The notes beneath the pieces are model-generated. The model searched no databases. It was not told the origin of the DNA and saw only the letters and a program-made list of their open reading frames with translations. 64,000 nt of DNA from Candidatus Latescibacterota bacterium (lineage in GTDB: Bacteria; Latescibacterota; UBA2968; SICM01): assembly GCA_965217865.1 (NCBI GenBank), contig CBDCJO010000002.1, positions 4,512,001-4,576,000 of the forward strand. Reading direction: 5' to 3'. Within the stretch, counting starts at the first letter, position 1; each line of letters starts with the position of its first letter. A program made the translations under genes and the position numbers. Below are positions 9,976 to 19,601 of the stretch, in pieces.

Positions 9976-10671
9976 CTATCTCACGTGCGGATATAGTTTG
10001 GACAGGCGTTCCGGGGAGACGGAGAGGCTGTGGAGGACTTTGAGCAACCACATCAGAAGTATCGTTCTAAAGATCCCGCAGCGTTCCCACCTCCGCGAGG
10101 ATGTGACGGCGTATGCAGGCAACATGACGAAACGGCCAATCCTCGTAGCCCTCAGGCAAAACTCCGAGTCCTCGAAGATCGGCAGGATCGGAAAGCCGCC
10201 TAATTGATCGAAAACCCCTCGGCGTACAAAGACGGCCTGATCCCCGTAGGTGATGTTCAAAAAGCGAGAACGCCACGTGGAAATGATGCCGATCCACGCG
10301 TAGATGGCGCCTTCACCTGCGATTCGCAATCGAAACCGTCCTCCGACAACCCGGGGGTCTTCTAGGGAACGGAGAATCAGGCGAAAGGCATCGTCCGGCA
10401 GTCGCGTGTCGGCGTGGAGGAACAAAAAGACATCTCCTGTGGCCACGCCAGCTCCCGCGTTCATCTGAGCCGCCCGTCCGGAGCCTGCACGTGTTGCAAT
10501 CAAACGGACTCCGGGCATCTCTCTGACCCTGTCGGATGTGCCGTCGGTACTTCCACCGTCAACGACGATAACCTCGGAGCAGTCCGGGACGTTAGCCAAA
10601 GGTTTGAGACAATCTGAGATGATCTCAGCCTCGTTCAGCACCGGTATGATGGCGGATATTTTTTTCATCAA
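9976..10671 (-). CDS. GT2 glycosyltransferase, TIGR04283-like (arsenosugar/rSAM-selenodomain associated)
   Basis: IIPVLNE, VVDGGSTD, GRAAQMNAGA, FLHADT, YGDQAVFV, FED, TSSRRW. Confidence 0.85.
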   Translation of the reverse strand: MMKKISAIIPVLNEAEIISDCLKPLANVPDCSEVIVVDGGSTDGTSDRVREMPGVRLIATRAGSGRAAQMNAGAGVATGDVFLFLHADTRLPDDAFRLILRSLEDPRVVGGRFRLRIAGEGAIYAWIGIISTWRSRFLNITYGDQAVFVRRGVFDQLGGFPILPIFEDSEFCLRATRIGRFVMLPAYAVTSSRRWERCGIFRTILLMWLLKVLHSLSVSPERLSKLYPHVR

Positions 10672-10804
10672 GGCGAATATAAGTCAGAACAGCCGAGGGT
10701 CAAAATCCGGAGATCGGAAAGGCCGTCGATCGTGACTCGTGACTCGGAAAAACCTATCGATACAAATCCTTGACTGCTCCTCAAATTATTCGCATCGTTT
10801 CTTA

Positions 10805-10933
10805 ACGCACCACGCACCACGCACCACGCACCACGCACCACGCACCACGCACCACGCACCACGCACCACGCACCACGCACCACGCACCACGCACCACGCA
10901 CCACGCACCACGCACCACGCACCACGAACCACG
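10805..10933 (+). repeat. Heptamer tandem repeat (ACGCACC) x 17 plus a variant unit
   Basis: Directly visible. Confidence 0.98.
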
Positions 10934-10952
10934 GCATTCAAGGAGGTCGGCT

Positions 10953-11714
10953 ATGAAGCTCGGGCTGGTGACGTATAACCTGGCGAAGGATTGGGACATT
11001 CCAACCATCATCAAGAGGTGCACGGAAACCGGATTTGAAGGGGTGGAACTCCGGACCACCCACGCTCATGGTGTGGAGGTGACCCTTGGAGCCGAGGAGA
11101 GGCAGCGGGTTCGAAGGCAGTTCGAGGACTCGGGCGTTAAGCTTGTGGGTTTGGGAAGCATTTTCGAGTACCACGCGGCCGAGCCGGATATCCTTAGACA
11201 GAATATCGATGGGACGAAGGAATTCTCCCGGCTCGCCCGGGACTTGGGCGTTCCCGGTGTGAAGGTGCGCCCGAATGCCTTTCCGGATGGGGTTGGTCAC
11301 GAGAAAACCATTGACCAGATCGGGGGGGCCCTTCGAGAGTGCGGAGCGTTCGCGAATGACCTGGGGGTAGAGATCCGGTTGGAGGTTCACGGCCCTGAAA
11401 CCTGTAAACCGGAAAACATACGAAAGATGGTCGATGCTGCGGACCAAGAAAATGTGTTCGTCTGTTGGAACTCCAACCCCCAGGACGTCGTGGATGGGTC
11501 GGTCAGGCAGAGCTTTGAGCTCTTGAAACAGAAGGTTTCTCTGGTCCATATCAACGAGCTCCACAGCGTCTATCCGTGGAAGGAGCTTTTCGAACTCCTG
11601 AAGGGAATCGGCTATGATGGTTACTGCCTTGCTGAGATCCCTGAAAGCACGGATCCTGAGCGGGTTATGAACTATTACAAGGCGCTGTTCAAGACTATGA
11701 GCGGGGATGTATAG
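10953..11714 (+). CDS. Sugar phosphate isomerase/epimerase (xylose isomerase-like TIM barrel)
   Basis: GFEGVELRTTHAHGVE, VKVRPN, IRLEVHG, WNSN, LVHINEL; AGGAGG RBS. Confidence 0.85.
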   Translation: MKLGLVTYNLAKDWDIPTIIKRCTETGFEGVELRTTHAHGVEVTLGAEERQRVRRQFEDSGVKLVGLGSIFEYHAAEPDILRQNIDGTKEFSRLARDLGVPGVKVRPNAFPDGVGHEKTIDQIGGALRECGAFANDLGVEIRLEVHGPETCKPENIRKMVDAADQENVFVCWNSNPQDVVDGSVRQSFELLKQKVSLVHINELHSVYPWKELFELLKGIGYDGYCLAEIPESTDPERVMNYYKALFKTMSGDV

Positions 11715-11716
11715 GA

Positions 11717-12583
11717 ATGGTAATACGAATTGATGGGAGGGACGCCGGCCCCGGCGTCCGTAAACATCCAGGTCTTTATGGTAAGGGGTTTGCTGATTCC
11801 CATGGGATCAAGGGTTTGATGGTTTTCAGGGCTGACCGCCTTCGGCCTCCTGATCCTGGCCACGCTTTCGTATATCAGCGGTTTCTATTCCCTCGGGCTT
11901 CTCGTCTCATCCGTGACATCCCGGGCATTTACGTCGATTACGGCCCTCGTTGCGGTATGGGTGGGAATGACGGTGGCGGTGCCGAACCTGAGTCCCTATA
12001 TCGCTCGTAGTCTGATCAACCTTCCCACGGTTCAAGAAGTGGAAAGGGAGAAGTGGGCTGTGGCGGAAGAGGGAGACCGGGTAAGGGAGGAGCGAGGACG
12101 GGAGTATCGAAGCAGAACAACCGATTCGGATGTCCAGCAAGGGGTCGTGCACGCGGAGTTATGGAGGGACTTCCTCCTCGGGGTTGCTAGGGACCAGGAG
12201 CAGATCCAGTCTGAATACGAGAGGGCCCTGGACCGACAGGTCCGCGAGCGGTCTGGCTGTCAAGGCTGTCTCCCACAGCATCGTTGGTCTATGCGACGGG
12301 TGAAATTACGGACACGGGTTTAGGTGATATGCGGCGTTTCCGAAAGGCGCTTCAGTCATACAGGGTCGACTTCGTCAATTATGCCGAAGACAAATGGGTC
12401 GAGACCAGACGGAAGGGGAATAATCAGATTTCCACGATGGATTATCCCAGGTTTTTCTACAAACGTCCCGGACTTGCGGAACGGTTGGAGCAAGCTATGC
12501 TCGATCTTGGGATGCTTACGGTCTGGAATCTTCTGTTCTTCACGGCAGCATACGTAGGGTTTCTGCGATATGATGTCAGATAG
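11717..12583 (+). pseudogene. Frameshifted, 5'-truncated ABC permease (paralog of 12758-14149)
   Basis: Fragments in different frames: ..ALVAVWVGMTVAVPNL.., ATGEITDTG, and C-terminus FTAAYVGFLRYDVR matching FSVAYVRFLFYDVR. Confidence 0.7.
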
Positions 12584-12757
12584 AACGTTCCAGGTTCCAA
12601 TGCGAAGTCGGAATAAATTCAAAGGTCGAGAGTACGGATTCAAGAGCCAAAGCTATAGGATTCGTGTCAAAAAACCAACTTAGTGGCTATTAATCTATGG
12701 AGTTACGTGCCGTCCATCGAATGACCAGGGACTCTCGACCCCGGACTGAATTTTGAT

Positions 12758-14149
12758 ATGCTTTTTCAAATCATCCACAAGGAAGTCCTGCTCCATTTGA
12801 AAGAAGCCCGGTTCGTATGGGTGGCCGGGCTTTTTTGCGGGCTTGTGCTCGTGGGATTTTTTCTGGTTGGCCGGGACTACACAGAGAGACACAAGGCCTA
12901 CCAGGCAAATGTCATGGCCGAGCGGAAACAGCTTCTTGCCGTGGACCCGGGGGCCTCCAAACGGGATCAGGTCTACACCCTGATGAACGAGCGGGGTGTG
13001 TATGCCTTCCTCCTCCCCCGTCCCCTGGGTCCCTTCGCCTCCGGACTGGAGCCGGTTGCGCCGACCCAAGTCCACGCCCTCGACCGATGGTCCTGGAGTC
13101 GTCAGGCCAGCGAGGCTTTTTACCGGAATCCCCTTCTCTCACTGTTTCCACGACCCGATTTCATATATATCGTTGGATCGATTTTGAGCCTGGTCGCCCT
13201 GTTTTTCACCTTCGATGCAATCTGCGGTGAAAAGTCGAGCGGGACGCTGAAATTGATGCTGTCATCCGGGATCAGCAGAGACCAGCTCCTGATCGGCAAA
13301 TGGGTGGGGACAATGCTGACCCTGGTTGTTCCGTTCCTTCTATCGACTGCCCTTGGCGTGGGGATACTCCTGTTGATGGGTCGAACGCAACTGGATCATG
13401 CCGGGCTTCTCCGGATTGCTGGGATCCTGTGTTTCGCCGTTGTCTACCTATCCCTGTTCGTGACATCCGGTCTGGCGATCTCGGTATTAGTACGAAGGCC
13501 ATCCTCCGCCCTGCTGATCTGCCTGACTTTCTGGGTGGGGGTAACGTTCGTATTTCCCCACCTGTTTGCGGGCTTGGGTAGAATTCTTTCCCCCACACCC
13601 ACCTTTCAGCAGGTGAGGATGCAAAAAAGGGCGGTGGACTCCGAGTTGAACCGCGCGAACCAGCGCCTGGCCAAACAGGCCGCGAACTTCGGATGGTCAG
13701 ATGAAGACAGAAACCGACGTCAGGAGGTTTTAAAGAAGGAAGCAGAGGCAAGAAAGGAGGAAATCCAACAAACTTACACGCGCCGGCTCGATCGGCAGAT
13801 CCGGCTCAGCCAGGCCTTTTCACGAATCTCCCCCGTGGCCTGTCTGACCTATGCGGCGGCCGAACTGGCCGGGACCGGCATGGGTTTCTACAGCCGGGTC
13901 TATCAGGCGTTCGCGCAGTTCAAGGAAGGTTTCGGGAAGTACGCACGGCGAATGAAACAGGAGGCCGAGGCCGGTCGGCTGAAGGCCGATTGGCTGAGCG
14001 CGGAGGAGATCCCGGCCCTTACGGTTGCGGATCAGGGACAGGACATGGGATTTGGGAGCGTCGCAACGGAATTGCTCGTCCTTATCCTGTTTCAGGCCGG
14101 GGCATTTTCAGTGGCATATGTGAGGTTCTTGTTTTACGATGTAAGATAA
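12758..14149 (+). CDS. ABC-2 type transporter permease
   Basis: IIHKE start, FDAICGEKSSGTLKLMLS, LLIGKW, RISP, YDVR end. Confidence 0.85.
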   Translation: MLFQIIHKEVLLHLKEARFVWVAGLFCGLVLVGFFLVGRDYTERHKAYQANVMAERKQLLAVDPGASKRDQVYTLMNERGVYAFLLPRPLGPFASGLEPVAPTQVHALDRWSWSRQASEAFYRNPLLSLFPRPDFIYIVGSILSLVALFFTFDAICGEKSSGTLKLMLSSGISRDQLLIGKWVGTMLTLVVPFLLSTALGVGILLLMGRTQLDHAGLLRIAGILCFAVVYLSLFVTSGLAISVLVRRPSSALLICLTFWVGVTFVFPHLFAGLGRILSPTPTFQQVRMQKRAVDSELNRANQRLAKQAANFGWSDEDRNRRQEVLKKEAEARKEEIQQTYTRRLDRQIRLSQAFSRISPVACLTYAAAELAGTGMGFYSRVYQAFAQFKEGFGKYARRMKQEAEAGRLKADWLSAEEIPALTVADQGQDMGFGSVATELLVLILFQAGAFSVAYVRFLFYDVR

Positions 14150-14253
14150 CTCGATGTCACGCCGAATCGGGTTACACAATGGCATGGGGCGCTCCTTCTG
14201 TGGGTTTGTGATTCCCAGGATACCACTGGCTCTCAGACGAGATATTTGGGCGT

Positions 14254-14291
14254 CTGTCTGAGCCCTGTGGCATCCCACAGGGCTCAGACAG
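14254..14291. other. Perfect 17-bp inverted repeat hairpin
   Basis: ctgtctgagccctgtgg-catc-ccacagggctcagacag. Confidence 0.85.
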
Positions 14292-14393
14292 GTCCTCGAG
14301 GAAGGCCTGTGATAGATCCACGGGCCAACTATTGACGGGACCGGGAGCGCCCCTTAATTAATACCAATTATTGTCCACAAGATGATTAACGAT

Positions 14394-14992
14394 TAGAGTC
14401 TACAGTATGACTTCTACGCAAGAAGCGTACATCTTTTTGGTCGCGGCAGAGTGAAACGAAACCCGCGATAGGAGTGGGTCTGAGAAAGATCCTCAGAATA
14501 GACGCATTACCTTAGAGATAAGGCAAGACAGGATAGATTGGAGAGGCTCGGTGTTCGGGTGCTGCGATTTACTGACGGGGATGTTAAGCAGAATCTCGAA
14601 GGTGTGCTGCATGGGATTCGGAATTGGATAGATGAGAATGGGATATGACCCATCCCGCCCCGGCTTAAGTCACGCCGGGGCACTCCTCCCGGGAGAAAGA
14701 TCCTCAGATAGACGCATTACCTTAGAGATAAGCCAAGACAGGATAGATTGGAGAGGCTCGGTGTTCGGGTGCTGCGATTTACTGCCGGGGATGTTAAGCA
14801 GAACCTCGAAGGTGTGCTGCATGGGATTCGGAATTGGATAGATGAGAATGGGATATGACCCACCCCACCCCGGCTTAAGTCACGCCGGGGCACCCCTCCC
14901 GGGAGGGGATTTAGAGTCTTCAGTATGACTTCTACGCAAGATGCGTACATCTTTTTGGTTGCGGCTGAGTGAAACGAAACCCGCGATAGGAA
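14394..14992 (+). repeat. Composite A-B-B-A repeat; B carries a DUF559-like endonuclease C-terminus and a palindrome
   Basis: A 14394-14473 ~ 14911-14991; B 14483-14693 ~ 14694-14904; B translates LRDKARQDRLERLGVRVLRFTDGDVKQNLEGVLHGIRNWIDENGI*. Confidence 0.85.
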
Positions 14993-15312
14993 AAGGGAGC
15001 CAAATAGGATTTTAACTGAAAAGGTATTTAATAGGGGCACCTGCCTTGTAGGCCCGTTGGTGGGCGATTATACGGGGTTACCGTCGTGGGGACGAGGTGC
15101 CCCTTTTTTATTATTGATTAGCCATATCAAGCTCTCTATTTTACCGAAGGACTGTGATACCTGGAAAACTATTCTTAGATGAGCCAGTTTTGGGTTATAT
15201 TCATTACTCCTCAAACGGATTCAATCCCCGTAATATCTACCCACCCCTGAATGACCAATGAGGTTTTCTTTTCCCTGCTTTACCGCTAATCCAAATCTCT
15301 ATTGGAGTCCAA

Positions 15313-16056
15313 ATGATCGGGCGGATTATCAGGAAAGAAATTCTTTCTAACCTTTCAAGTCCTACCTTTTTAATTACGTGCCTCTTCTGTTCTGGCCTTA
15401 TCCTGTTGAGCATCTACACCGGGCTGCGAAGCTTTAGCGATCAAGTTTCAGAATACAGACAGACGGAAGCACTTAACCGGCAGATTCTGGGTGAACAGGT
15501 ATTTCTCTGGCCGAACGTAGGCGGGATGTCAAGGGTGATTTATGACGGGGAATTGGATGACTTGCTGCTTCGTCCGATATCCACCCAGGCGCTTCTTTCA
15601 CTCAGGTCCATAAGCTTTCCAGCAGCTTTGCACGGTGCGATCGGGATTTTCATCATCGTGTACGCGCTTGAACAGCTTCAAATCGTGCCTGGGATCCTGA
15701 CGATTTTAGCCGCGGCCGTTATGCTTTTGTCCGGCGTCGTGATCGTGTACTCCCTGTGGTTCATTTCCATGACCCTGGAGTTCTGGTTCGCCGGGCTCTG
15801 GAGCTGGATGAGCTTTATACCGAATTTGTTTGATTTTGCGAAATATCCGGAGGGGATCTTCACCGGCGTCGTGAGATTCTTGTTTCTGACGATCGCGCCG
15901 GTGATCGTGGTGGCCAACTTTCCGACCCAGACGCTGCTCGGCGAACTGCCGTGGATCAATGCGCTGTGGAGTCTGGTACTGGCAGGCTGTCTATTGATTC
16001 TAAGTCAGCTGCAATGGCGTTTTGCGGTTCGGCGGTATACGAGCGTCGGGTCTTAA
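15313..16056 (+). CDS. Chimeric ABC permease (N-terminus of the 12758 family fused to the C-terminus of an ABC-2/DUF990 permease)
   Basis: MIGRIIRKEILSNL.. then, from ~15500, GELDDLLLRPIS..KYPEGIF..RRYTSVGS. Confidence 0.65.
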   Translation: MIGRIIRKEILSNLSSPTFLITCLFCSGLILLSIYTGLRSFSDQVSEYRQTEALNRQILGEQVFLWPNVGGMSRVIYDGELDDLLLRPISTQALLSLRSISFPAALHGAIGIFIIVYALEQLQIVPGILTILAAAVMLLSGVVIVYSLWFISMTLEFWFAGLWSWMSFIPNLFDFAKYPEGIFTGVVRFLFLTIAPVIVVANFPTQTLLGELPWINALWSLVLAGCLLILSQLQWRFAVRRYTSVGS

Positions 16057-16108
16057 TAGAGCCGCTCCACCAGGTGCCCGCAACATCCTGCATACAACAG
16101 AGATTTTA

Positions 16109-16903
16109 ATGACTCCTTTGTATTTACACCTCATCAGACTCCAGATTCTGAACAGTTTGGCCTATCGGTTCGAGTACTTCTCCTCGATCGGGACGAATAT
16201 CTTTTTCCTGTTCGGCTCGGTTTACCTCTGGAAATCGGCCTACAAAGGAATCGGAAGCGTCTTGGATGTCAACCAGGAACAGATGATCACATATGCCATC
16301 GTGTCCGTGTTGATGACCGCCCTGTTCTCCATTTCGGTAAGCCAGACCCTTTTCACAAAGATCCGTCAGGGAGACATCGCAATCGATCTGATACGACCCG
16401 TAAATCTCATATATACCTGGTTTGCGGAGGATGTGGGGCAGTCCGTCAGTTCGGTTACAAAATTCTGCTTTCCTGTTTTGTTGACCTCGGTCCTTTTCGT
16501 GAAGGTTCCATTGCCGGCCGATTACGTTGCGGGGCTCTTCTTCATTCCCGGCTGCGTGTTCAGCTTCATCATTCTTTGGCAGATCAGCGCGCTTATCGGT
16601 TTGAGTCTGTTCTGGGTGACCGAGTTCGGGAACATCACACAGATTAAAGACATCGTCATACTCATATTATCCGGCAAGCTGATTCCGTTATGGCTGTTCC
16701 CGGGGATCGTACAGGATATATCGAGCTATCTGCCGTTCCAGTATACATTCCAGGCACCCCTTGAAATCTATATTGGAAGGGTTTCCCCTGCCCAGGCCGT
16801 TCACATCTTTGGGATTCAGTGGCTCTGGATCGGTTTATTCAGCTTGCTTATCTGCGTTGTATGGCGACGGGCCCAAAAACGCGTTTTTGTGCAGGGAGGG
16901 TGA
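16109..16903 (+). CDS. ABC-2 family permease (DUF990-like)
   Basis: LAYRFE, IRQGDIAIDLIRPV, SGKLIPLWLFP, LPFQ, VQGG end; ATG 16109 chosen. Confidence 0.85.
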   Translation: MTPLYLHLIRLQILNSLAYRFEYFSSIGTNIFFLFGSVYLWKSAYKGIGSVLDVNQEQMITYAIVSVLMTALFSISVSQTLFTKIRQGDIAIDLIRPVNLIYTWFAEDVGQSVSSVTKFCFPVLLTSVLFVKVPLPADYVAGLFFIPGCVFSFIILWQISALIGLSLFWVTEFGNITQIKDIVILILSGKLIPLWLFPGIVQDISSYLPFQYTFQAPLEIYIGRVSPAQAVHIFGIQWLWIGLFSLLICVVWRRAQKRVFVQGG

Positions 16904-16905
16904 AG

Positions 16906-17721
16906 ATGCTGCTTTCGTTTAGACACCACCTGTCGGTTGCCCTTTTCTTCGCAAAGCTGTCCATTCAACGAAGTCTCGAATATCCCTTTTCGTTTTTCGG
17001 AACAGTCTCATCATTGAGCTTTTCTTATATCTGGATCGGCATGACCCTCAAGCTTCTCGTGGAGAACTTTCAGCCTCTCTCCGGATGGACCTTCCCGCAA
17101 CTCAGTTTTCTATACGGCCTGAGTCTGATCAGCCGGGGGATCATGTCGATACTTTCCTTCCAATCCAGGCAAATAGACGATATGGTGACGCGGGGAGAGT
17201 TCGATCTGTTGCTGTTAAGGCCGTTAAGCGTAACGTTTCAATTCGCAGCGAATAAGATCAATCTTGTCGGCTTGCTCCACGTGTATATCGGGATCGCCTT
17301 CTTCAGCTACGGGGCGGAGCTGGTTGGCTTTGTATGGGATGCCTTCAATACGGTCAAAGTTCTGCTGGTCGTTTTGGGAGCAACCCTGATCTACTGGTCG
17401 TTTTTCACACTCATCAGCTCTGTGGCGTTCTGGACAATGCGCAGCGGGCCTCTTGTGAATGCGAGTCAGGAAATTCTTCGCAGGGGAACTTTCTATCCCT
17501 TGACAATCTACCCCCATTTCCTGCAACTGTTGCTGACGCTGGTGGTTCCGATCGGATTTATAAGCTTCTATCCTTCGTGTGACTTCCTGAACCAAGACGC
17601 CGGCGCCTCTATTCCATCCAATCTTTCTCTGTTAACCCCCGTTGTCGGGGTCGGCATGTTTCTCGCGGCTTTGTATGTCTTCAACCTGGGCTTGAAAAGC
17701 TATGAGAGCGCGGGTTCATAG
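16906..17721 (+). CDS. ABC-2 family permease (DUF990-like)
   Basis: GEFDLLLLRPL, YPLTIYP, YESAGS end; ATG 16906 chosen. Confidence 0.85.
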   Translation: MLLSFRHHLSVALFFAKLSIQRSLEYPFSFFGTVSSLSFSYIWIGMTLKLLVENFQPLSGWTFPQLSFLYGLSLISRGIMSILSFQSRQIDDMVTRGEFDLLLLRPLSVTFQFAANKINLVGLLHVYIGIAFFSYGAELVGFVWDAFNTVKVLLVVLGATLIYWSFFTLISSVAFWTMRSGPLVNASQEILRRGTFYPLTIYPHFLQLLLTLVVPIGFISFYPSCDFLNQDAGASIPSNLSLLTPVVGVGMFLAALYVFNLGLKSYESAGS

Positions 17722-17729
17722 GTGGAACA

Positions 17730-18713
17730 ATGGCCTTGATCGAAGTTCACAATCTGCATAAGGTTTTTAAAGTGACCCGGAAGAAGAAAGGTCTCCTGGG
17801 TTCATTCCAGGGTCTGGTGAGGCCGGTTCGAGACGAGGTGCACGCGGTCAACGATATCAGCTTCAACATCGAAGCAGGTGAAATCGTCGGCTTCATCGGC
17901 CCGAACGGGGCGGGCAAGAGCACTACCATAAAGATGTTGTCCGGGATTCTGTATCCCACCTCGGGTGTTATCACTATAAACGGAATATCACCCCAGGAAA
18001 ACAGAAGGGCCGTTGTCAGGAATCTCGGAGTCGTGTTCGGACAACGAACGCAGCTTTACTGGGACCTCCGTCTGGGGGAATCCTTCGAGCTTTTCAAACG
18101 GATTTACCAGATCGAGGATGCCGTCTTTAAGACCAACGTTGACATGTTATTCGATGTTCTGCAAATCCATGAACTGATCGACATCCCGGTCCGCCAGCTT
18201 TCACTGGGTCAGCGGATGCGGGGGGAGTTGGCCGCTGCTATGTTGCACTCGCCTTCTATCCTTTTTTTGGACGAGCCGACGATAGGAATGGACATCGAAG
18301 TTAAGAGCGCAATCCGGAACTTCATCCTGGATATCAACCGTCTTCGCAAAACAACCGTGCTGCTGACCACCCACGATCTCGATGATGTGGAAGAGTTGTG
18401 TCGCCGGTTGATCATCATCAATAAGGGTCAGATCGTGGAAGACAATCCCCTGGAGGAATTGATCGATCGGATTGCGCCGTACAGGTACCTTCTGGTCGAT
18501 AGCGCGGGCGGGATCGGCGAGTTCTCACATCCACACGCGGAGATCATCAGAGAGAAGGACGATCTCGTCTGGATACGCTTTGTAAAAGAAAGGGTCTCCG
18601 CCTCCGAGCTGATCAATCAACTGTCCCGGCAATGCAATATCAGAGATGTGAGCGTCAGGGAACCGGAGATTGAGGATGTGATCCGGAAGATTTACAAGGG
18701 GGATACAGATTAG
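17730..18713 (+). CDS. ABC transporter ATP-binding protein
   Basis: GPNGAGKST, LSLGQRMR, LFLDEPTIG, TTHD. Confidence 0.95.
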   Translation: MALIEVHNLHKVFKVTRKKKGLLGSFQGLVRPVRDEVHAVNDISFNIEAGEIVGFIGPNGAGKSTTIKMLSGILYPTSGVITINGISPQENRRAVVRNLGVVFGQRTQLYWDLRLGESFELFKRIYQIEDAVFKTNVDMLFDVLQIHELIDIPVRQLSLGQRMRGELAAAMLHSPSILFLDEPTIGMDIEVKSAIRNFILDINRLRKTTVLLTTHDLDDVEELCRRLIIINKGQIVEDNPLEELIDRIAPYRYLLVDSAGGIGEFSHPHAEIIREKDDLVWIRFVKERVSASELINQLSRQCNIRDVSVREPEIEDVIRKIYKGDTD

Positions 18714-18854
18714 GCGTGGGAGTGCCAGATAGCAGGAAACGGCCTTTCTGTGGACCAGTCTTGATTTTGTATCAGTTGGTTATTCATAAATATCAACATG
18801 TTAAGACCTTTTTAAACTATTCGTTGAAAATTTTCCCTTGACAAAGATTCTATT

Positions 18855-18873
18855 TGTAACTATATTTGTTACG
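18855..18873. promoter_or_regulatory. Putative Rrf2 operator TGTAAC-N7-GTTAC
   Basis: tgtaac tatattt gttacg, just downstream of a TTGACA; further copies at 19424-19442 and 19558-19576. Confidence 0.65.
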
Positions 18874-18889
18874 AAACCTGGAGGAAGTT

Positions 18890-19378
18890 ATGAACCCGAG
18901 CAGTAAATTCGTTGTCGCAACGCATATTCTCACGGGCCTTCACGTGGTTAAGGAGCTTCGTGGTATGGACGCCGCAACGTCCGACTTGATCGCGCACAGC
19001 GTGAACACCAATCCCGTCGTGATCCGTCGGATTCTGGGTCAGCTCAAGGGGGCCGGGCTGGTCGATTCGCATCCCGGAGCGAGGGGGGGATTCAGCCTGG
19101 CCAAGTCTGCAGAGCGGATCACCCTTCTCGACGTCTACAAGGCGACCGAAGATTCCTCCCTGTTTCATTTCCACTACAGCGAGCCCAGCCAGATCTGCCC
19201 GGTGGGCAGCACGATTCAGGATGGTCTGAAGGGGGTTTGCAAGGATGCGGAGTCTGCGGTCCAGGATGTCCTGGCTAAAAAGACGCTCGCACAGCTCGTG
19301 TGTGATATGATGGACAATCCGATCTTTCAAACGCGCGTCCGTGAGGCGATCGAAAGCGGAGCCGCACCGGGTTCATAG
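18890..19378 (+). CDS. Rrf2 family transcriptional regulator (YwnA-like)
   Basis: SSKFVVATHIL, SVNTNPVVIRR, GARGGFSLAK, ITLLDVY, CPVG; GGAGG RBS before ATG 18890. Confidence 0.92.
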   Translation: MNPSSKFVVATHILTGLHVVKELRGMDAATSDLIAHSVNTNPVVIRRILGQLKGAGLVDSHPGARGGFSLAKSAERITLLDVYKATEDSSLFHFHYSEPSQICPVGSTIQDGLKGVCKDAESAVQDVLAKKTLAQLVCDMMDNPIFQTRVREAIESGAAPGS

Positions 19379-19381
19379 TTC

Positions 19382-19414
19382 GAAATGCTTCTGGGAAACG
19401 AAGCATTTCTTTTT
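19382..19414 (+). terminator. Intrinsic terminator
   Basis: gaaatgcttc..gaagcatttc followed by a T-run. Confidence 0.7.
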
Positions 19415-19423
19415 GGAATTATC

Positions 19424-19442
19424 TGTAACTTAAAATGTTACA
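19424..19442. promoter_or_regulatory. Putative Rrf2 operator (perfect palindromic arms)
   Basis: tgtaac ttaaaat gttaca. Confidence 0.65.
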
Positions 19443-19601
19443 TAATGACATCCGTCAAGGGCAAATTGATCACGAAAGGAGGTATTCAGATGGACGACTT
19501 GAACCACGAGATCACAGTCTAATCATTCGTCATGAAACGATCTTTTTTTGGTATAATTGTAACTGGCGTAGTTTCGAGATCATCATACAGGGAGGTTTCA
19601 A

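Noticed and set aside
4477-10933. Heptamer arrays or the 14.4-kb repeats as CRISPR arrays
   Set aside because: No unique spacers between repeats and no cas genes in the window.
10668-11059. ORFs with VVRGAWC / HAPRTTH repeats
   Set aside because: These are translations of the heptamer array, with no independent coding evidence.
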